Under the pieces are notes generated by a model. The model had not been told where the DNA came from, made no database searches, and worked only from the letters and a program-made list of their open reading frames with translations. From positions 682,001 through 746,000 of the forward strand of contig NW_021831284.1 in NCBI RefSeq assembly GCF_006345805.1: a DNA stretch of 64,000 nucleotides. The letters run 5' to 3'. The position numbers and the translations under genes were made by a program. The stretch comes from Octopus sinensis (taxonomy: Eukaryota). Below, in pieces: positions 26,796 to 40,080 of the stretch (within the stretch, counting starts at the first letter, position 1; each line of letters begins with the position of its first letter).

Positions 26796-27402
26796 CAGCG
26801 ATAAAAATAAAAAACGGAAGGGAAATATGAATGGGAATTATATGTAAGTATCTTGGCGGACTATTTTTTGCCTTTTTTGGAGAAAACCGGAATCCGGTCT
26901 CCAATTTATCAGCAAGATAATGATCCAAAGCACACATGCAAGGTGGTTAAAGATTTTTTTAATGAACACCGAATTGAGTTATTACAATGGTTTCCTCAAA
27001 GTCCCGATTTGAATCCAATCGAGCACGTGTGGGCCTTCATGAAACATAAAATAAAAGGGACTGAATTTAAAAAAAAGAGTGACTTATTTGAGGAATTAAA
27101 AAATATTTGGAATGATCTTTCAATAGAATATGCGACATCCCTTGTTGGAACAATGCGGAACAGAATTTTAGACCCAATTAATGCTCAGGGGGGTCATACT
27201 AAATTTTGAACTACCATTGTTCTCTTTTTTATTTTGTTTGAAAAAATTTGGTTTAAATACATATTAAAATCTTTGACGTTTGGATTTTTATAAAAGGCAA
27301 AAGTTAAGATTATCTTGAAATTCGATTTTTTGTTAAAAGAAATTAAGCATTATATAGAAAGAAATTGAGAAATTGGCTGTTCCGTTTTTATTTGTATCGC
27401 TG
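26796..27402 (+). mobile_element. Internally deleted Tc1-like element
   Basis: TIRs cagcgata(a/c)aaataaaaa..cggaa; TA flanks; YQQDNDPKH...QSPDLNPIEHVW (DD34E C-terminal half). Confidence 0.92.
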
Positions 27403-27645
27403 TAAATATGTAGATTCATATATGCATTGTGTGTTATATTTTTGAATTTGTCTTGAGGATTATTTCGTAAAAATTAATAATGGACGCATTTTTGAACAAT
27501 GCCGCCAGTTCTATATCATGTTGTAAATTAATGAGTTCTAATTGAAACTTTGCAGGCGCATCCTTAATTTCCACGCTGAATGGAGTTGCGAATATTTTCA
27601 TTAAAGGAAGGAATTCTTTAGAATTCTAAAAATTAAATTTATATA

Positions 27646-29135
27646 CACCCCTCGACATAAATATTGGTGAATCTTCAACTTACTTCATTCATACAAAGAA
27701 TGATTTAATTTTTCTTCAGATATATTTCAAAATCTGATAAAATTGATAAAAATTAATTTAATTATTTAAATTTTGAAATTTTGTCTAAGAAATTTGGAAA
27801 AAACAACGACTTTCATGGCATAAAATTTGTTATTGTGAGATTAATATGTAGAATAACCTCCTTTTGCCGAATAGATTTCCCAACACCTTTTTTTCATTGA
27901 CTCAACTAATTTTCAAGTGTTTTTGATGGAATAGAATTCCAAATATCTAATAGATTTTCCTTCAGTGCTTGAATGTTCTCATTTTTTCTTTGCCTAATTT
28001 GAACCTTCATATAAGCCCACAAATGCTCTATCGGCTTTAAATCCGGAGATTGCGAAGGCCATTTTAATTTTTTAATATTTTTTTCGCGAAAATATTGAAT
28101 AATCATTTTTGATGTATGGCAGGGAGCGTTGTCTTGTTGAAAAATATAGTCAACAATCCCCATTTTTGTACAGAAAATGGCAAATTATTGGTGTCAAAAT
28201 AGATTGATATTTTGCAGAATTAAGCGTTTTGTCTATAAATACCAAATCGCCTACCCCATGATAGGAAAAACACCCCAACCATGACTTTCCCTAATTTTTT
28301 ATTACATCATAATTTACCTTTTCCAAATTTGACAGTTGGAGTAATATTTTCGAATTTATTCATTTCAAATTTTTTTCTATACACAATTTTTCTTTTTTGG
28401 ATCGGTAATAATTCAAAAATACATTCATCAGAAAAGATTATTGATCTAAAATCATGGTCTGAAATTTGAAGAAATTTTTGGAATCTGGAAACCATGTGTT
28501 TTTTTGTTAGAAGTGGTTTTTCTTTGCAATTCTTCCGAAAATTCTATTTTTATTTAAATTTCGTATTATGGTTCGAGACGAGACACGTGTTCCAGAAAAC
28601 TTTTCTATTTCATTAGAGAGTTCAGAAGCAGTTAAAGATGAATTTTCCTCTGATGTGCGTACCAAATGATTAATTTGCACATTATTCAAAATTGATAGTC
28701 TTCCAGAACCATGTTGGCGGTCATATGATCCAGTTTTATTGTATTTCTTGATAAAATTTACGACTGTTGAATATGGAACACCGGTTTTTTTAGAAATTTT
28801 AATATATGACATATTTAAGTCGTATAGCGCAATTATTTTCCCTTTCATAAACGAATCGAGAGTATTATATCTAAAAATATTTTTTTATTAAGATCAATCT
28901 CTAAATACTAGCATAATTTGACGGTTTAAATTTTATAACCAATTTTTATGTCACTAACCTAATTGCCGACATGCTTTAAATTTCTTGCAATATTAAAATT
29001 TAAATCTATTTTAATTATAAATACAAAATAAATATTATTTTAGAAGATCTAAAGGATCTTAAAGTATGAATTTATTCGTTTTTAAATGAAAAAAAGCAGG
29101 AAAGATTAAATAACCAAATTTTTTGTCGAGGGGTG
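27646..29135 (-). mobile_element. Near full-length Tc1-like element (IR/DR type), frameshifted transposase with a 27-nt intron
   Basis: TIRs cacccctcgaca(t/a)aaa; TA flanks; inner DRs at ~27817 and ~28936; paired-HTH N-terminus, FSDE, FQQDNAPCH, SPDLKPIE. Confidence 0.92.
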
Positions 29136-29559
29136 TAAATGTACCCCAAAACGTGCTTCAAATTGGTTAATGAAATCACCAATTATGGATATGTTTAACC
29201 TTAAGAATGAATAATTAAATTTAAACATTATTAAAAAATTAAAAAAGTTAGTTACTCTAGAGGGGCCGCAAAAAAAATCCTAGGGGCCACATGCGGCCCC
29301 GGGGGCCGCATTTGAGAACCGCTGGTCTAAATCACCCTCAATTCAACAATTTTCTCAGCGATATTATTTTTACTCAGATTTCCACATCATTCCGCAGTAA
29401 GGCGGTTACATCGAAGTGTAATATTGGTAGGATTTTTTGAGAAGAAATCAAACACTTTATTTTTGCAACAGCAAGACGTAGGGTTATTGTTTATATAAGC
29501 TCTTGTGGCATTATCTAGCCCCAGAGACATCGTTCCTGCATCCACCATATTTTTTTTAT

Positions 29560-30050
29560 AATTTACTTCTGCAGGAGGGCCCATGGGATTCATTTTCTTC
29601 TTATCAAGAAAAACGGACATGAACAGCACCACAACAACAACAAATGAATGTTATTACACAATATTTCGAATGAATACAAGCTTTCGCAGTGAAACTTATG
29701 TTACGGGAAACACAATTGACAAAGGGAAGCACTGAGCATTTTTCTTATTTAAAAAGTGTAATTTTCATTACATCGAATACTCGTATTGACGATTGTCTGT
29801 TCGATCTAATTCAACTGACGTCTGCATCAAAGTATCGTGTGCTTTTCGAAACTTCATAGAACGGATACTCAGTGGATACTAAATGTGTAATGCATATACC
29901 CTTTCGGATAGGAGTATCAATTCAGACATTCTCGGTTAAAACAAGACCAGGTTGGTCTGTTTCCACGGAACATTACATTCATTTGATGTTTCTTTGGACA
30001 CTTTTTTTCTTGAGGAATGCTTCCAACGCCGACTTTACGACCATTTCTCT
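29560..30050 (-). mobile_element. Possible Merlin/ISXO2-like transposase remnant
   Basis: CPKKHQM...WSCFNREC and IRKG resemble the ISXO2 N-terminal zinc ribbon; heavily decayed. Confidence 0.3.
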
Positions 30051-31559
30051 ATGTGAATTTTGTATGCTAAAAATTCAATTTTTGTTCGTAATTGAAAGAA
30101 TAATTAAAACGTTAAACGATCCACGTAGCTATTTTTATTACGATTACACTATTTTCATAAAAAAATCTTGCCATGTTTTATCAAAAATTACAAAGATTAA
30201 AATAATTAAAAATTATATGAAGAGGTCATCTTAATTTATCAAATTTACTTTTTTCGATCCATTTACCAGATATGCCAAGACCCTAAATATTATTTAGTAT
30301 TAATAATAACTGCGAAAATACAACTGAGGACCACTGCAGTAATAAAATAAATTTGATATTTAGTCGTTCAATTTTGATACACATTCTTTATGAGTATATT
30401 CAATTCTGAATTAAAATTTGATAGAAGGTATTGTCTTTTTTAAAACAGATTAAGGGTATACAATAAAAAAATTAACTCCTGAATCTGCACAAAAAACAAA
30501 AAAATCCAAGTTCCTGTATACTCACATAACCCACCAATAATCCATGCTTAATGTTATTCAGTATCCCAATTTGTTGTCATCAGTGAAGTCATTAAACAAG
30601 GCATTACTATAATCAAACTGACTGCTTGTTTTTAAGTCATTTATATGAGTAATTAGTAAATACTATTTGACCGCAAACTATTTTTAATGTACATAATTTT
30701 GTGGAAAATCTTCAAATTATAGAAAACTAACTTTAAACCTTAGATTTAATGAATTGTGGATTATATACTAATTTATATTTTTTGATGCATTCTAGGAGTG
30801 AAACATTGGTCGTTCCGGGGAGAGCTAAACCGTTTTTTTGGATCGCCACTGGGATCCTCTAGAAAAACCACTTTGTCTCCGGTTTTGAAATCTTGATTCC
30901 AAAATCTTTCAAGATTGTATTTTCATTCTCAACGATGATACCACTAGTCTCGAACCTAAGTACAACAAATATTCTTGAGAATATTCTACAAAAAAGGCGT
31001 ATTTTTGAGAAGTCTGCAAAAATCTTAGTGCTAAACTCTTTTTCTCACAATTTAGTGTGGAAATTGTTGATGTTCGCGAAACGACTGTGCGAAGCTATTA
31101 ATCTCTAAAATTTTTTCAACTTTCTCGCCACTTGACTCGAAGGTTATCAAACTAAAATTGAAAATGCCTTAACTCATTATCAAAGACTGTGTTTTAGAAA
31201 TCTGCATATAACGAGCATTCTTTTTTTTTAATAATGAAATTTGTTTATTACGAAAAAATTTATGTACGAGCATTCTTTATTTATAAATTGATCAATTTGG
31301 TCTATCATTAACTTTGATGACTAAATTCACTTTTTTATTTGCTTTTTGATTATTCGATGCTATAAATAGCCTATTTTGATAAGACTTTATCATCAAGCTT
31401 ATAACTCGAAATTCAAATAGACTAAAATAAAAACATCGGAAATTATAAATGATACACGTTTTAAATCTCAATTTTTAAAATCTCTTTTTAACTCATAAAT
31501 AACTTTCATAGAGGTAATTAATTTTGTACCAATTATTCACTATTGTAGATAACGCATTA

Positions 31560-32140
31560 AAGAAAACGTTGTGGTTTTCAGATTTATGATAAGACAATGC
31601 GCGGAAAATTTTGAAAAACCATTTACTAATGAATTACATTGGAATCAAAAGGGAACAGTTTCTGAAAGACGAAATGATTCAAAAATTGGTAAACGAATGT
31701 GAGGTAATTTTTAAAGGTGTACATTTTATGATATATTACAGATTAAATATATTATGAAAAAAAACATTTCCGAATATGAAAAAATACAAAGTTTCAAACG
31801 TGATTGCTCAAAAGGCCAAGTTCCTTTGGTAATTAAGCTCAAAAAATATTTTAAGGTTTTTACAAATTGTGGTGTCTGTATTCACTTTATTAAAGATAGA
31901 AGAATACCTCCAGACGACCCTTTGAGCATAGATTTTTGCTTTTTTGATATTTTAACTAATAGGGTAATAAACTTTTAATTATATTTCATTTTAGATTCAT
32001 CTAACTTCCAGATGCATTCTAAATGGAGTGCCGCTGTTATGTTATGCTTTTATCGACGTGAGCAACACAAGTGGGTTTGGATATGTGCAATTTGATTTTG
32101 AGTATTGCCAAAGATGCATAAATGACGAAAAATACTAATA
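31560..32140 (+). CDS. Hypothetical multi-exon gene, unknown product
   Basis: Open exons separated by GT-AG micro-introns ending ...GFGYVQFDFEYCQRCINDEKY*; no recognised domain. Confidence 0.4.
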
Positions 32141-32169
32141 ACTAAAACCATTATTTATTAAAAATTTTC

Positions 32170-34287
32170 AAGTTAAAGTCAGATTTGTTGTATCTATGGA
32201 TATATTTTCGCGTATAGAAAGCATTTTCTTTCTGAGATGACGAAAGGCCTCTGAATTATATATTAGTTAAATAAAATTAACCAATCGCTTGAAATATTGA
32301 TGTATAATTATCTCTGGATCTATTAAAATAAATTTCAATTTACACCTGTATAAATGTAGCACTGCGTTTTCTTTAGATTTCCGTTCTCCTTCTAATGCCT
32401 TCTGACTTTAAGTTTAAGTTAAAAAGTTTCAAATTTACCTATTTTGCTGAATTTCTTGAAATCTGATATTTATTTTTCCCGTAGAAACAGTTTTTAATAA
32501 ATTTTTATTTAATTTATTTCCCTGAAAATTATTTTATGCAGAAGCACCTTCACGTCTGAAGGAATAGAGGTCGCTGTGATATCATCTAATTCAGGTCCAC
32601 CACCAATAAATAATCTTCTTAATTCAGATAAATTACCGCTTCCTATAGGGCGAAAACAGTTGATAGCAAATTCATATATTCCTAAAAGTTTTCCAAATAA
32701 TTAATACCAGCTTTAAAAGGGATTATTGAAGTTCCGTAACCTTCAGTTCTGATTCTCCCCCAAGTATCAATTGATTGCACCTCAAATAGTATTCTCGGCC
32801 ATCTTCCATTCACATCTTAATATCAATTAAATTTGTTTGATAACCTTCAATTAAACTTTGGCTAAAACATAATTCAAATTGAAAAGGAGAACTGAAATAA
32901 GCTACTTTTTTCTTTATGTATTTAAAACTAAAATAATTACATGATCGGCTGTTTTCTTTGTTTTTGAAATTTGAGTTGATCCACTAAGTGTTGTTGGATC
33001 TCTAACACTCCAATCTGGTCATTCAAAAAAAAGATATTACCATCAGTTAGATCAACGACATAATTAACAATAAAATGATCAAATTCAAAGTTTGAAACAG
33101 ATACTGTAAAATATTTTTATTGGTAACACTGATTACATATTTCTCCACAGCAAAAAATTTTGATCGAATTTTGTTTTGGCTGAAATAATGATAATTAATC
33201 ATATATACCATTTCGAAATCATAGCCAACCAAAGATGATAAATGTCGAACATGATTGCTATATAACTGATAATATATTTATATTTACGAAATGATACTGA
33301 TTTATATAATTTCATTTCAAATTCAATTTCTTGCCTTTAAATTAAAAATATAAAAATACTTAGAAGGCTTATTTGATGAGTGTTCAATAATATATGCTAG
33401 AACTCCTAGATATTAGACGAAAATAAAAATTAATCAATTTTATATTAATAACCTGATGATCCACAATTCATTTTATACGGAGGTCGATTTCCGTTAAAGT
33501 CTGGCTTGATACTTAATAAACCGTCTCCGTAGTATCTAATCTCACATAGTTCCATTTCCTTAAGTTCATCGCTTTTAAATAAAATTAATATATAATAATT
33601 ACATCTCAACAGACTTTCCACAAGCTAAGTCAATCATAACAAACATATTCGCATAATCATTTGAATATTGTATGTTTTCTTTTGGATCTTTAATTTTGAC
33701 AAAATCTCTGAATTGTGATAGAGAATTAATACTTTGACAATGTTGGATCAGTTTGACGTTTATTCCTAAAATTGAATACTTGGCTTTCTTTATCAAAAGC
33801 CTAAATTTTTCGATGAAAAAATTACTCGCTTGTTCAATGTATAATCGTCGTTTTGAATATAAGTAAATACCACATTAGTCGCCTCAATTCTAATTTACTT
33901 AAAATTTACGAATTTACCCCTGCTTTAGTATAATATCGTGATATGTGGTTTCGATCGCATTTGAACAGTTTGTTTTATTTTTGAATTTTTCATATTCTCT
34001 CTAAAAATAATAAACAGTAAAAAAAAACTTGGCTAAGAATTTTTCTTTGCCATCCAATTTCTTTATTTCCAATTTCATTTTGAAACAAGCCACTAATAAC
34101 AGAAAAGTCTTCATTTTTGGCTTTTTGAATTACAGATAAATCCTGAGGTAGTTTGTTGAGATCAGATGCTCCAAAAATTTTGATTCTAGTAATTTTTGAA
34201 TAATAATAACTTTATTTTTAAATTTTGAATTGGATCATTAGTGGTATAAAATTGTTCACAGGTTGGTGCTTCGACAAATCCGGCCAT
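32170..34287 (-). CDS. MKS1: Meckel syndrome type 1 protein (B9/C2 ciliary transition zone)
   Basis: YTTNDPIQNLKIK, DGLLSIKPDFNG..PY, VGYDFEM, LSGSTQ, WPRILFEVQSIDTWGRIRTEGYG, FRP...ELRRLFIGGGPEL. Confidence 0.9.
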
Positions 34288-34743
34288 ATATTTTGTTTCT
34301 AGGATATAAGAAACCTTTAATCTAATAATTAAATTATACTAAATATATAAAAATTATTATATAAAAGCGATTCACATTATTCGGTGTATGTATTGGCAGA
34401 TGTTGCCTGTACCGGAAGCTCCGATTGGGTTTAACGAGTGACGCCGTCATAGATATCTCATCACACGCAGATTCCCAATATTAGTTGGATTTCGGATAGG
34501 ACGTCATGAGCGTCCTAGTTTAGAACAGCCGCACCCCAATGAAAAGAAAACTCAAAGGCAAGATAAACTCACTAATTTCTCAATTCGGATTAATTATAAT
34601 AGCTAACTTACTTGTTCTCTCTTGCTCTTGAATATTGAAATAAATGCTTTTTTAATAACGCGACGCAAACAAATGTTACACAGTGACTACACTCAAAACC
34701 ATGGCAAAGTCGTTAGACGGATGAATTTGACTTTATGCAGCCA

Positions 34744-35010
34744 GTATTATTATTAATAAGCACACCGCAAAATAACGTTAGTAAAGTTATCTCGCTTGTG
34801 CAACCCTCTCCTGGATGCGTTTTGTTAATCGCTTCCAAGTGCCTTTGTTCCTTGATAGTTCCCTCAGGTGCTCAAGATCGTCTGCTGATTTCAACCCTTT
34901 TCCAATCAAAGTTAGGTCTTGATGCAGAAGGGTTGCTAAAGTAATTCGTGGTCTTCCTCGGAAGGTCGTTCTCGGATGAGGAGCGTTCACTTTGTTCAAA
35001 CTCTCACTCT
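34744..35010 (-). mobile_element. RTE-clade LINE 3' fragment
   Basis: FRGRPRITLATLLHQDL...DDLEHLRELSRNKGTWKRL; TAA-type tail near 34744. Confidence 0.8.
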
Positions 35011-35100
35011 TTTCAAACTCCTGCAGCCGGTATAAACTAAAATGTAGTCAGAAACTAAAATTGCATTTGTTTGGTAAAATTTTATACAATTTTTTTAATT

Positions 35101-35345
35101 AGCAGGCGGAACTAACAAAACAGAAGAAGTACCGGGTCCTGGCAAAGAATCACCAATTCACTGCAGTCGCGGTGGAAACCTCTGGAGTCATCGGCCCGCA
35201 GACGCTATCGTTTCTCCGCCGCCTTGGATCTAAGCTCGTGGTTGCCACGAAAGATCCCAACGAGTCGATCAGACTCTTTCAAAGGATCTCATTGGCCATC
35301 ATGCGCGGGAATTGCCAGTCGATCCGCTGCGCATTTTAACTCTTT
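35101..35345 (+). mobile_element. CRE-type retrotransposon 3' fragment
   Basis: KQKKY...FTAVAVETSGVIGP...LFQRISLAIMRGNC. Confidence 0.85.
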
Positions 35346-35546
35346 TCGTTTGTAAAATAAATAAAATTCACCTATAAAAAAAATTTTTTAATCAGTAAAA
35401 TAATTCTCAACGATTAACTCTTGTTTACTTATAGATTGATCTACAGAAATTTCAATAATTTTGACAAATAATAAATAACTTTCCCTAAAATACATACAAT
35501 CAAAGCATTCAGAAATTTTTAAAATTAATTTAAGATTATTTAAATT

Positions 35547-36291
35547 TTAGCTGCCGTTGTATAAAGAAAAAATTCCGAGAACCTATTTATTTAATTTTAA
35601 TTAACAAAACTGTTGAAATGAAGATTGCTGTCGCTGCAATAATAAAGTCTGATTCACATTTTTGAATTATTTTATTTAATTTTGGCAAACATTCCTAAAT
35701 TAAAAATATTATTATTACTTCTGTGTAATATTGAGAGGGCTTACAACCTTTTTCTGGACAGCAACTCACTGAGCGATTATTTCCGAGCATATTTGTGCAG
35801 CATTCAAATGTTTTCTGGATTACGTACAAATCTTTATTGAGATTATTATTGTCAATTTTTGTGGATAATTGATGTCTTATCTCATTTAAAATCTAAAAAT
35901 AGTCATAATCTGATAAACATATGGTTTTTTAATAGTGTAAAAAAGAGTTGCTGGAAGTATAAAAGAAAATATGAGAAGAACACAAATCGAAAACTATTGA
36001 ATATAAAATCAAAAACATTACATAGAATTTGTTGAATTTTCCAGCTTTTTTAATATAATATAGAATACCCGATATTACTCCTACAAATGCAAGAAATGCT
36101 GCCAAGAGTAATAAAATTCCCAATGTTTGTATATAATCAAACTTTATAATCTTATATTGCATTGTATTGTGAAGTATTACGCCACCCGAATAAAAAGACA
36201 GGCTAAAAATAATCTAAAAAATAATAATGGCATATATTTTAACCGCGAGTATCACAATATTGATGAGTACTAAACAGTCAGAATAAAGCAT
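35547..36291 (-). CDS. Tetraspanin with variant CCT motif
   Basis: Four TM segments; EC2 FECCTNMLGNNRSVSCCPEKGC...EC; micro-introns. Confidence 0.75.
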
Positions 36292-36934
36292 ACAAACTAG
36301 ATTTTTGCGTAATTTGTTTTTATACTAAAAAAGCGGAAATCCTAAGCGACAAGACACAAAAATGTCGCCAAAACCACAAAATTGTGATTAATTTTCAAAA
36401 CATTTTTAATTGCCTAAATTAATTGTTTTCAAAAAAATTGTATGATTTCAAAAATTTATCTATTGAACAACTTTTATCTTTTTAATACAAGAAAATTAAA
36501 AAAGAAAATTATAAATATTTACGATGAGATATACACATGAATTATTTTGGCAAAATCATTTTTAATGTATGGTTTACCGCATACTTTGATAAACTTAATG
36601 ATTTTAAAAAACTAAACAACCCAATTCAGCTGTTTAACTACATTGACATGAAGTTCATTTAAAATTTGTTGAAAAATGTAAGATTAGTTTTGTAACAGGT
36701 AAGAATTGAGGGCATTTAGATCTAGCACAGCAAAACTAATATTGTGGAACATGATATAATAACATGGAGAATCTTTATCACGCAGGTGGATATCAAATTC
36801 CTAGATCGTTTGCAGATAATAGAATTGGATAAATGGAGGAAGTATGATTAAAAAATGAGCTGGGACTGATGCATCAATTTTTTTGGATTGATAAACTCTT
36901 TTATAACATGCAAAATTATTAGAGAAGTTAACTA

Positions 36935-37140
36935 AATTAAATGAGTCGCCGAGCGGATGGACAGGCAATTTCCACGTAATATCGCGAACGATATCCGCTG
37001 AAAAAGCCAGCTCGTTTCACGACTGTCGTGACTCCTCCTCGAGATGATTAAACCAATCTCTGAAAGGAGTTTGAGGGCTTTGGGTCCAATTATCCCACTG
37101 GTCTCGAAAGCCAGAGGAATGAAGCGGCAGGTATCGGTTT
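36935..37140 (-). mobile_element. CRE-type retrotransposon 3' fragment
   Basis: FIPLAFETSGIIGP...ETSWLFQRISFAILRGNC. Confidence 0.85.
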
Positions 37141-37329
37141 ATGAGAACTCTGTCAAGAATTTTATTTGATGCTCGCCAATCAAATTTTTTCCTGACATTT
37201 ACTCAACAAAAAAAATATTCAAGATTTCAAACTACTTTCTTATTTACTCATTTTTGTGGAAAAATTTTGAAATAATGAGAACTCTAACCATATGGGTTGT
37301 CATTAAAATTAGTTTAAGCAAAAGCTATC

Positions 37330-40080
37330 AAAAAATAAAATTGAGCCTATTTAGTTTAAAAATGATTTATTATTAACAATTTTTATATTTTGCTATGTTA
37401 TTTTACAACATATATTTATCCGTATTATTAAATAAATTAAAAATGATGGATGTTGAGGTGGGTTTAATATAAATCATTTTATATAGATTACACAAGCTGC
37501 CAAATCAAATAAGAGTGTGGATGACTTTCTTGACAGAAGCATTGAAAAAACAGAATCTCTTATCCTGTATTTTAGTGATTAATGAAATCCAGAAATCTAA
37601 ATTTTCTTTGCTATTTTAATGAAAAAGTTGTCAAAAATATATACGAAAACGGCGGTTTTGAAATGTCAAAATATTTTAAATAACTTTTAGAGCACTAGAA
37701 TTACTTGAATCGAAAGATCTTTCTCTTTATGTGCAAATTACAAATTTGATTTTGCATTTTCGCAATCAGGTAAAAATTGACGACGAATTTATCCGAAAAG
37801 TAAAGCTTTTTTTGGAAATTATGACCCGCGGTATATTTTCATCATATTATGTAATCAGATTTTTCTAAATTAGCTAATATTGAAAGCCTGAGTGATATGC
37901 TGATAATGTTTCGTAACATCATGACCATCTGCCCTTCTGAAATGAAAATTATTTTTGAGGTATTTACTAACAAATTTAATTCCTAATTTTTATATATTTA
38001 CTATTATTAGGATAGATGTCGTTTGAACAGCTTACTTGAATTAATCAGCAAAACAAATAATATTACACAAGCAATGTGCATTATGGTCCTCAATGATTGC
38101 TTAATTCCATCGGTTTGAGACTTTTTAAAACATTTGAAGGAATTCCATAAAGTGAAACAACTTCTTTTAGAATCCGAAATAATAACAATTTTAGCCAAAA
38201 TGCTAAATTCGTCGAATATTGTCAGATTATAAAAAATTGTATTATAGGAAAAATTGGCTTCTTTAAACATGTTGGATTGCATTTGTTTTTTGGACGCGGA
38301 TATTGCAGTTATTTTGAACGATGCTCTTTCCCCGTCCTCAATATGCGAGACGTTCTCCAACTTGATTGAAAGTGACAAATTCAAAGACCCGATTCCCAAA
38401 ATGGCCGTTTGCTGGTTGTTTTAATTAGAAATGTTATTATTAGTTTGATTAATATAATGAATTCTGGGTTCGGCGGAGTTTCTGATAGACTTTTCACCCA
38501 GGTTGTCCATTTGTGGTGAATTAAAGACGTTGAATATTGTATCTGCCATTAAAACTGATATTCTTAACGTGAACGATGTGACTATGGCCAGTTTACAACT
38601 CAAACACATTTTATTGTGGTGTTCGCGCTCTGCAGCAGTGCTTTTGAATGCACCTCACGCAAATCAACTTTATGCGGAACTTGGAGATCTTTTTGATGAT
38701 ATATTCCGCTTACAAACAAGTCTTAGTCATATTCCAGGGCCCATATATCGAGGACACTTTTTAAGTATTTCATTTCAGCCAAATCTGGTTACAATGGCCG
38801 GGGATATTTTGCGATTTTTTGCACTCACTTCAAATTGTAGAATGAAACATGATTTATTTGGTGTAAGTCAGTATTTGTCGATATAACTTAGTCTTTTGAC
38901 TCTCTCAATATGTTTTATGCTCAAAACGTATATAAAGGAGGAGAGATCTCGAAGGAGGTAAATTATGTGGTTCGAACTTTGACTCTTCCTTACATTTCAC
39001 TGATGGCAGTGTTTTTTAGGAAAATGGACGACTTGGCTCATGCCTACTGTTTGGCATTTTTTGAATTTTCGATATATAAGCATGTAAATTAATTTGGTTT
39101 GGATTTGGCAGATTTTCAAATTTAATGATCCGGAAATAAATTCGATGGTTTTCACAATGTTGTCCAATTTGATCCAACTTTATTTTAAGCACCAGGTTTT
39201 TGTGTTTTATTATGAAAAGCGGGATGCTGATATTACCAATTTACCGCATCTTTTCTTTGCTTTAGAAAGTTTTGTTGGAAAATATGCAAGAAATGCACAA
39301 ATAAATACTGATTTAAATTATTTACTAATTGTAAGTTTAAATTCGTATGTTTTAGACTTTATCTGCACATTTTCGTGGGCCAACCTTAAAGTTATTGTAT
39401 TCACATTTTACATATTTTTCAAATAACTTGGCCGATTTTATTCCGTTACATATAAAACAACATATTGCTATATTATCTAATCTGTGTTGTACTTCTCCTA
39501 CACTCCCAGAAGCTGTAGAGAAGAGTTTAGATGCATACAATATGGTATTATTCCTTAAAATATTATTCTTATAATATTTTCATTATTTTCTAATTTTTTT
39601 GAAGGTTGTTGACGAAGAATTGGTGAGCAATTATGTGTTCAACCTTTCTAAAAGGACTTTGAGCGATTCGAGTTTTATTGATTTGTACCCTTCTGTAAGA
39701 TTTCATATTTGATTTCTTATTAGATACTTATGATGATTAAAAACTGTATTTCAAGAAACGGATGTCGAGATATTCTGACGAGAGAAGAAATGCGTGAGAT
39801 TTTAATTAAACTGTGTTCGCTTTTGGTTTTTTAATCATATTTTAATTTTTTAGACTGATTCTTGCTTTGAAATAAAGATCAATGCTTTGGAAATTTTTAT
39901 TTTGCTTTTGGATCGCCAATGTTAATTATTTTGATATTTTTCAGATTCTGGGCGTGAGTGGTTTGTCAATACGCTTGGAACAATTGGGATTTCCAGACAC
40001 GATTTCAGACATTTTAGAATGAAAGGCGTTTATGTAGAAGAACGGTTTTTGTGTTTGTGTTATATTATAGAGCTAAAATA
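37330..40080 (+). CDS. Large multi-exon gene, helical (ARM/HEAT-like) protein of unknown identity
   Basis: Series of open, Leu/Ile-rich exons (38000-38400, 38503-38886, 38910-39092, 39094-39426) linked by ~27-nt GT-AG introns. Boundaries approximate. Confidence 0.55.

Larger units (their letters stand above)
26674..29324. mobile_element. Non-autonomous hAT (Charlie/Buster-like) MITE carrying two nested Tc1 elements
   Basis: TIRs caggggttctca / tgagaaccgctg; subterminal gggccgca motifs; 8-bp TSD gtctaaat (26666-73, 29325-32) with central TA. Confidence 0.92.
26330..29480 (+). mobile_element. hAT (Buster/SPIN, GTF2IRD2-like) transposase relic interrupted at 26674-29324
   Basis: WSRVVSVTTDGAP, LHHEVLC, FIRVRGLN|HPQFNNFL...HSAVRRL; the reading rejoins across the insertion. 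Confidence 0.8.

Noticed and set aside
30240-30660. Possible fifth tetraspanin-like gene on the minus strand
   Set aside because: A TM4-like end is present but no CCG motif or consistent frame could be built.
30800-31200. Possible LTR integrase C-terminal relic (FKTGDKVVFL)
   Set aside because: Single weak motif only.
33599-33796. SAM-methyltransferase motif (IDLACGK)
   Set aside because: It is part of MKS1 (the M.IMADL segment), as shown by the flanking exons.
34400-34560. GC-richer patch with taggacg/cgtccta hairpin; snoRNA, SRP or ribozyme candidate
   Set aside because: C-box-like motif without a D box; no SRP or hammerhead core.
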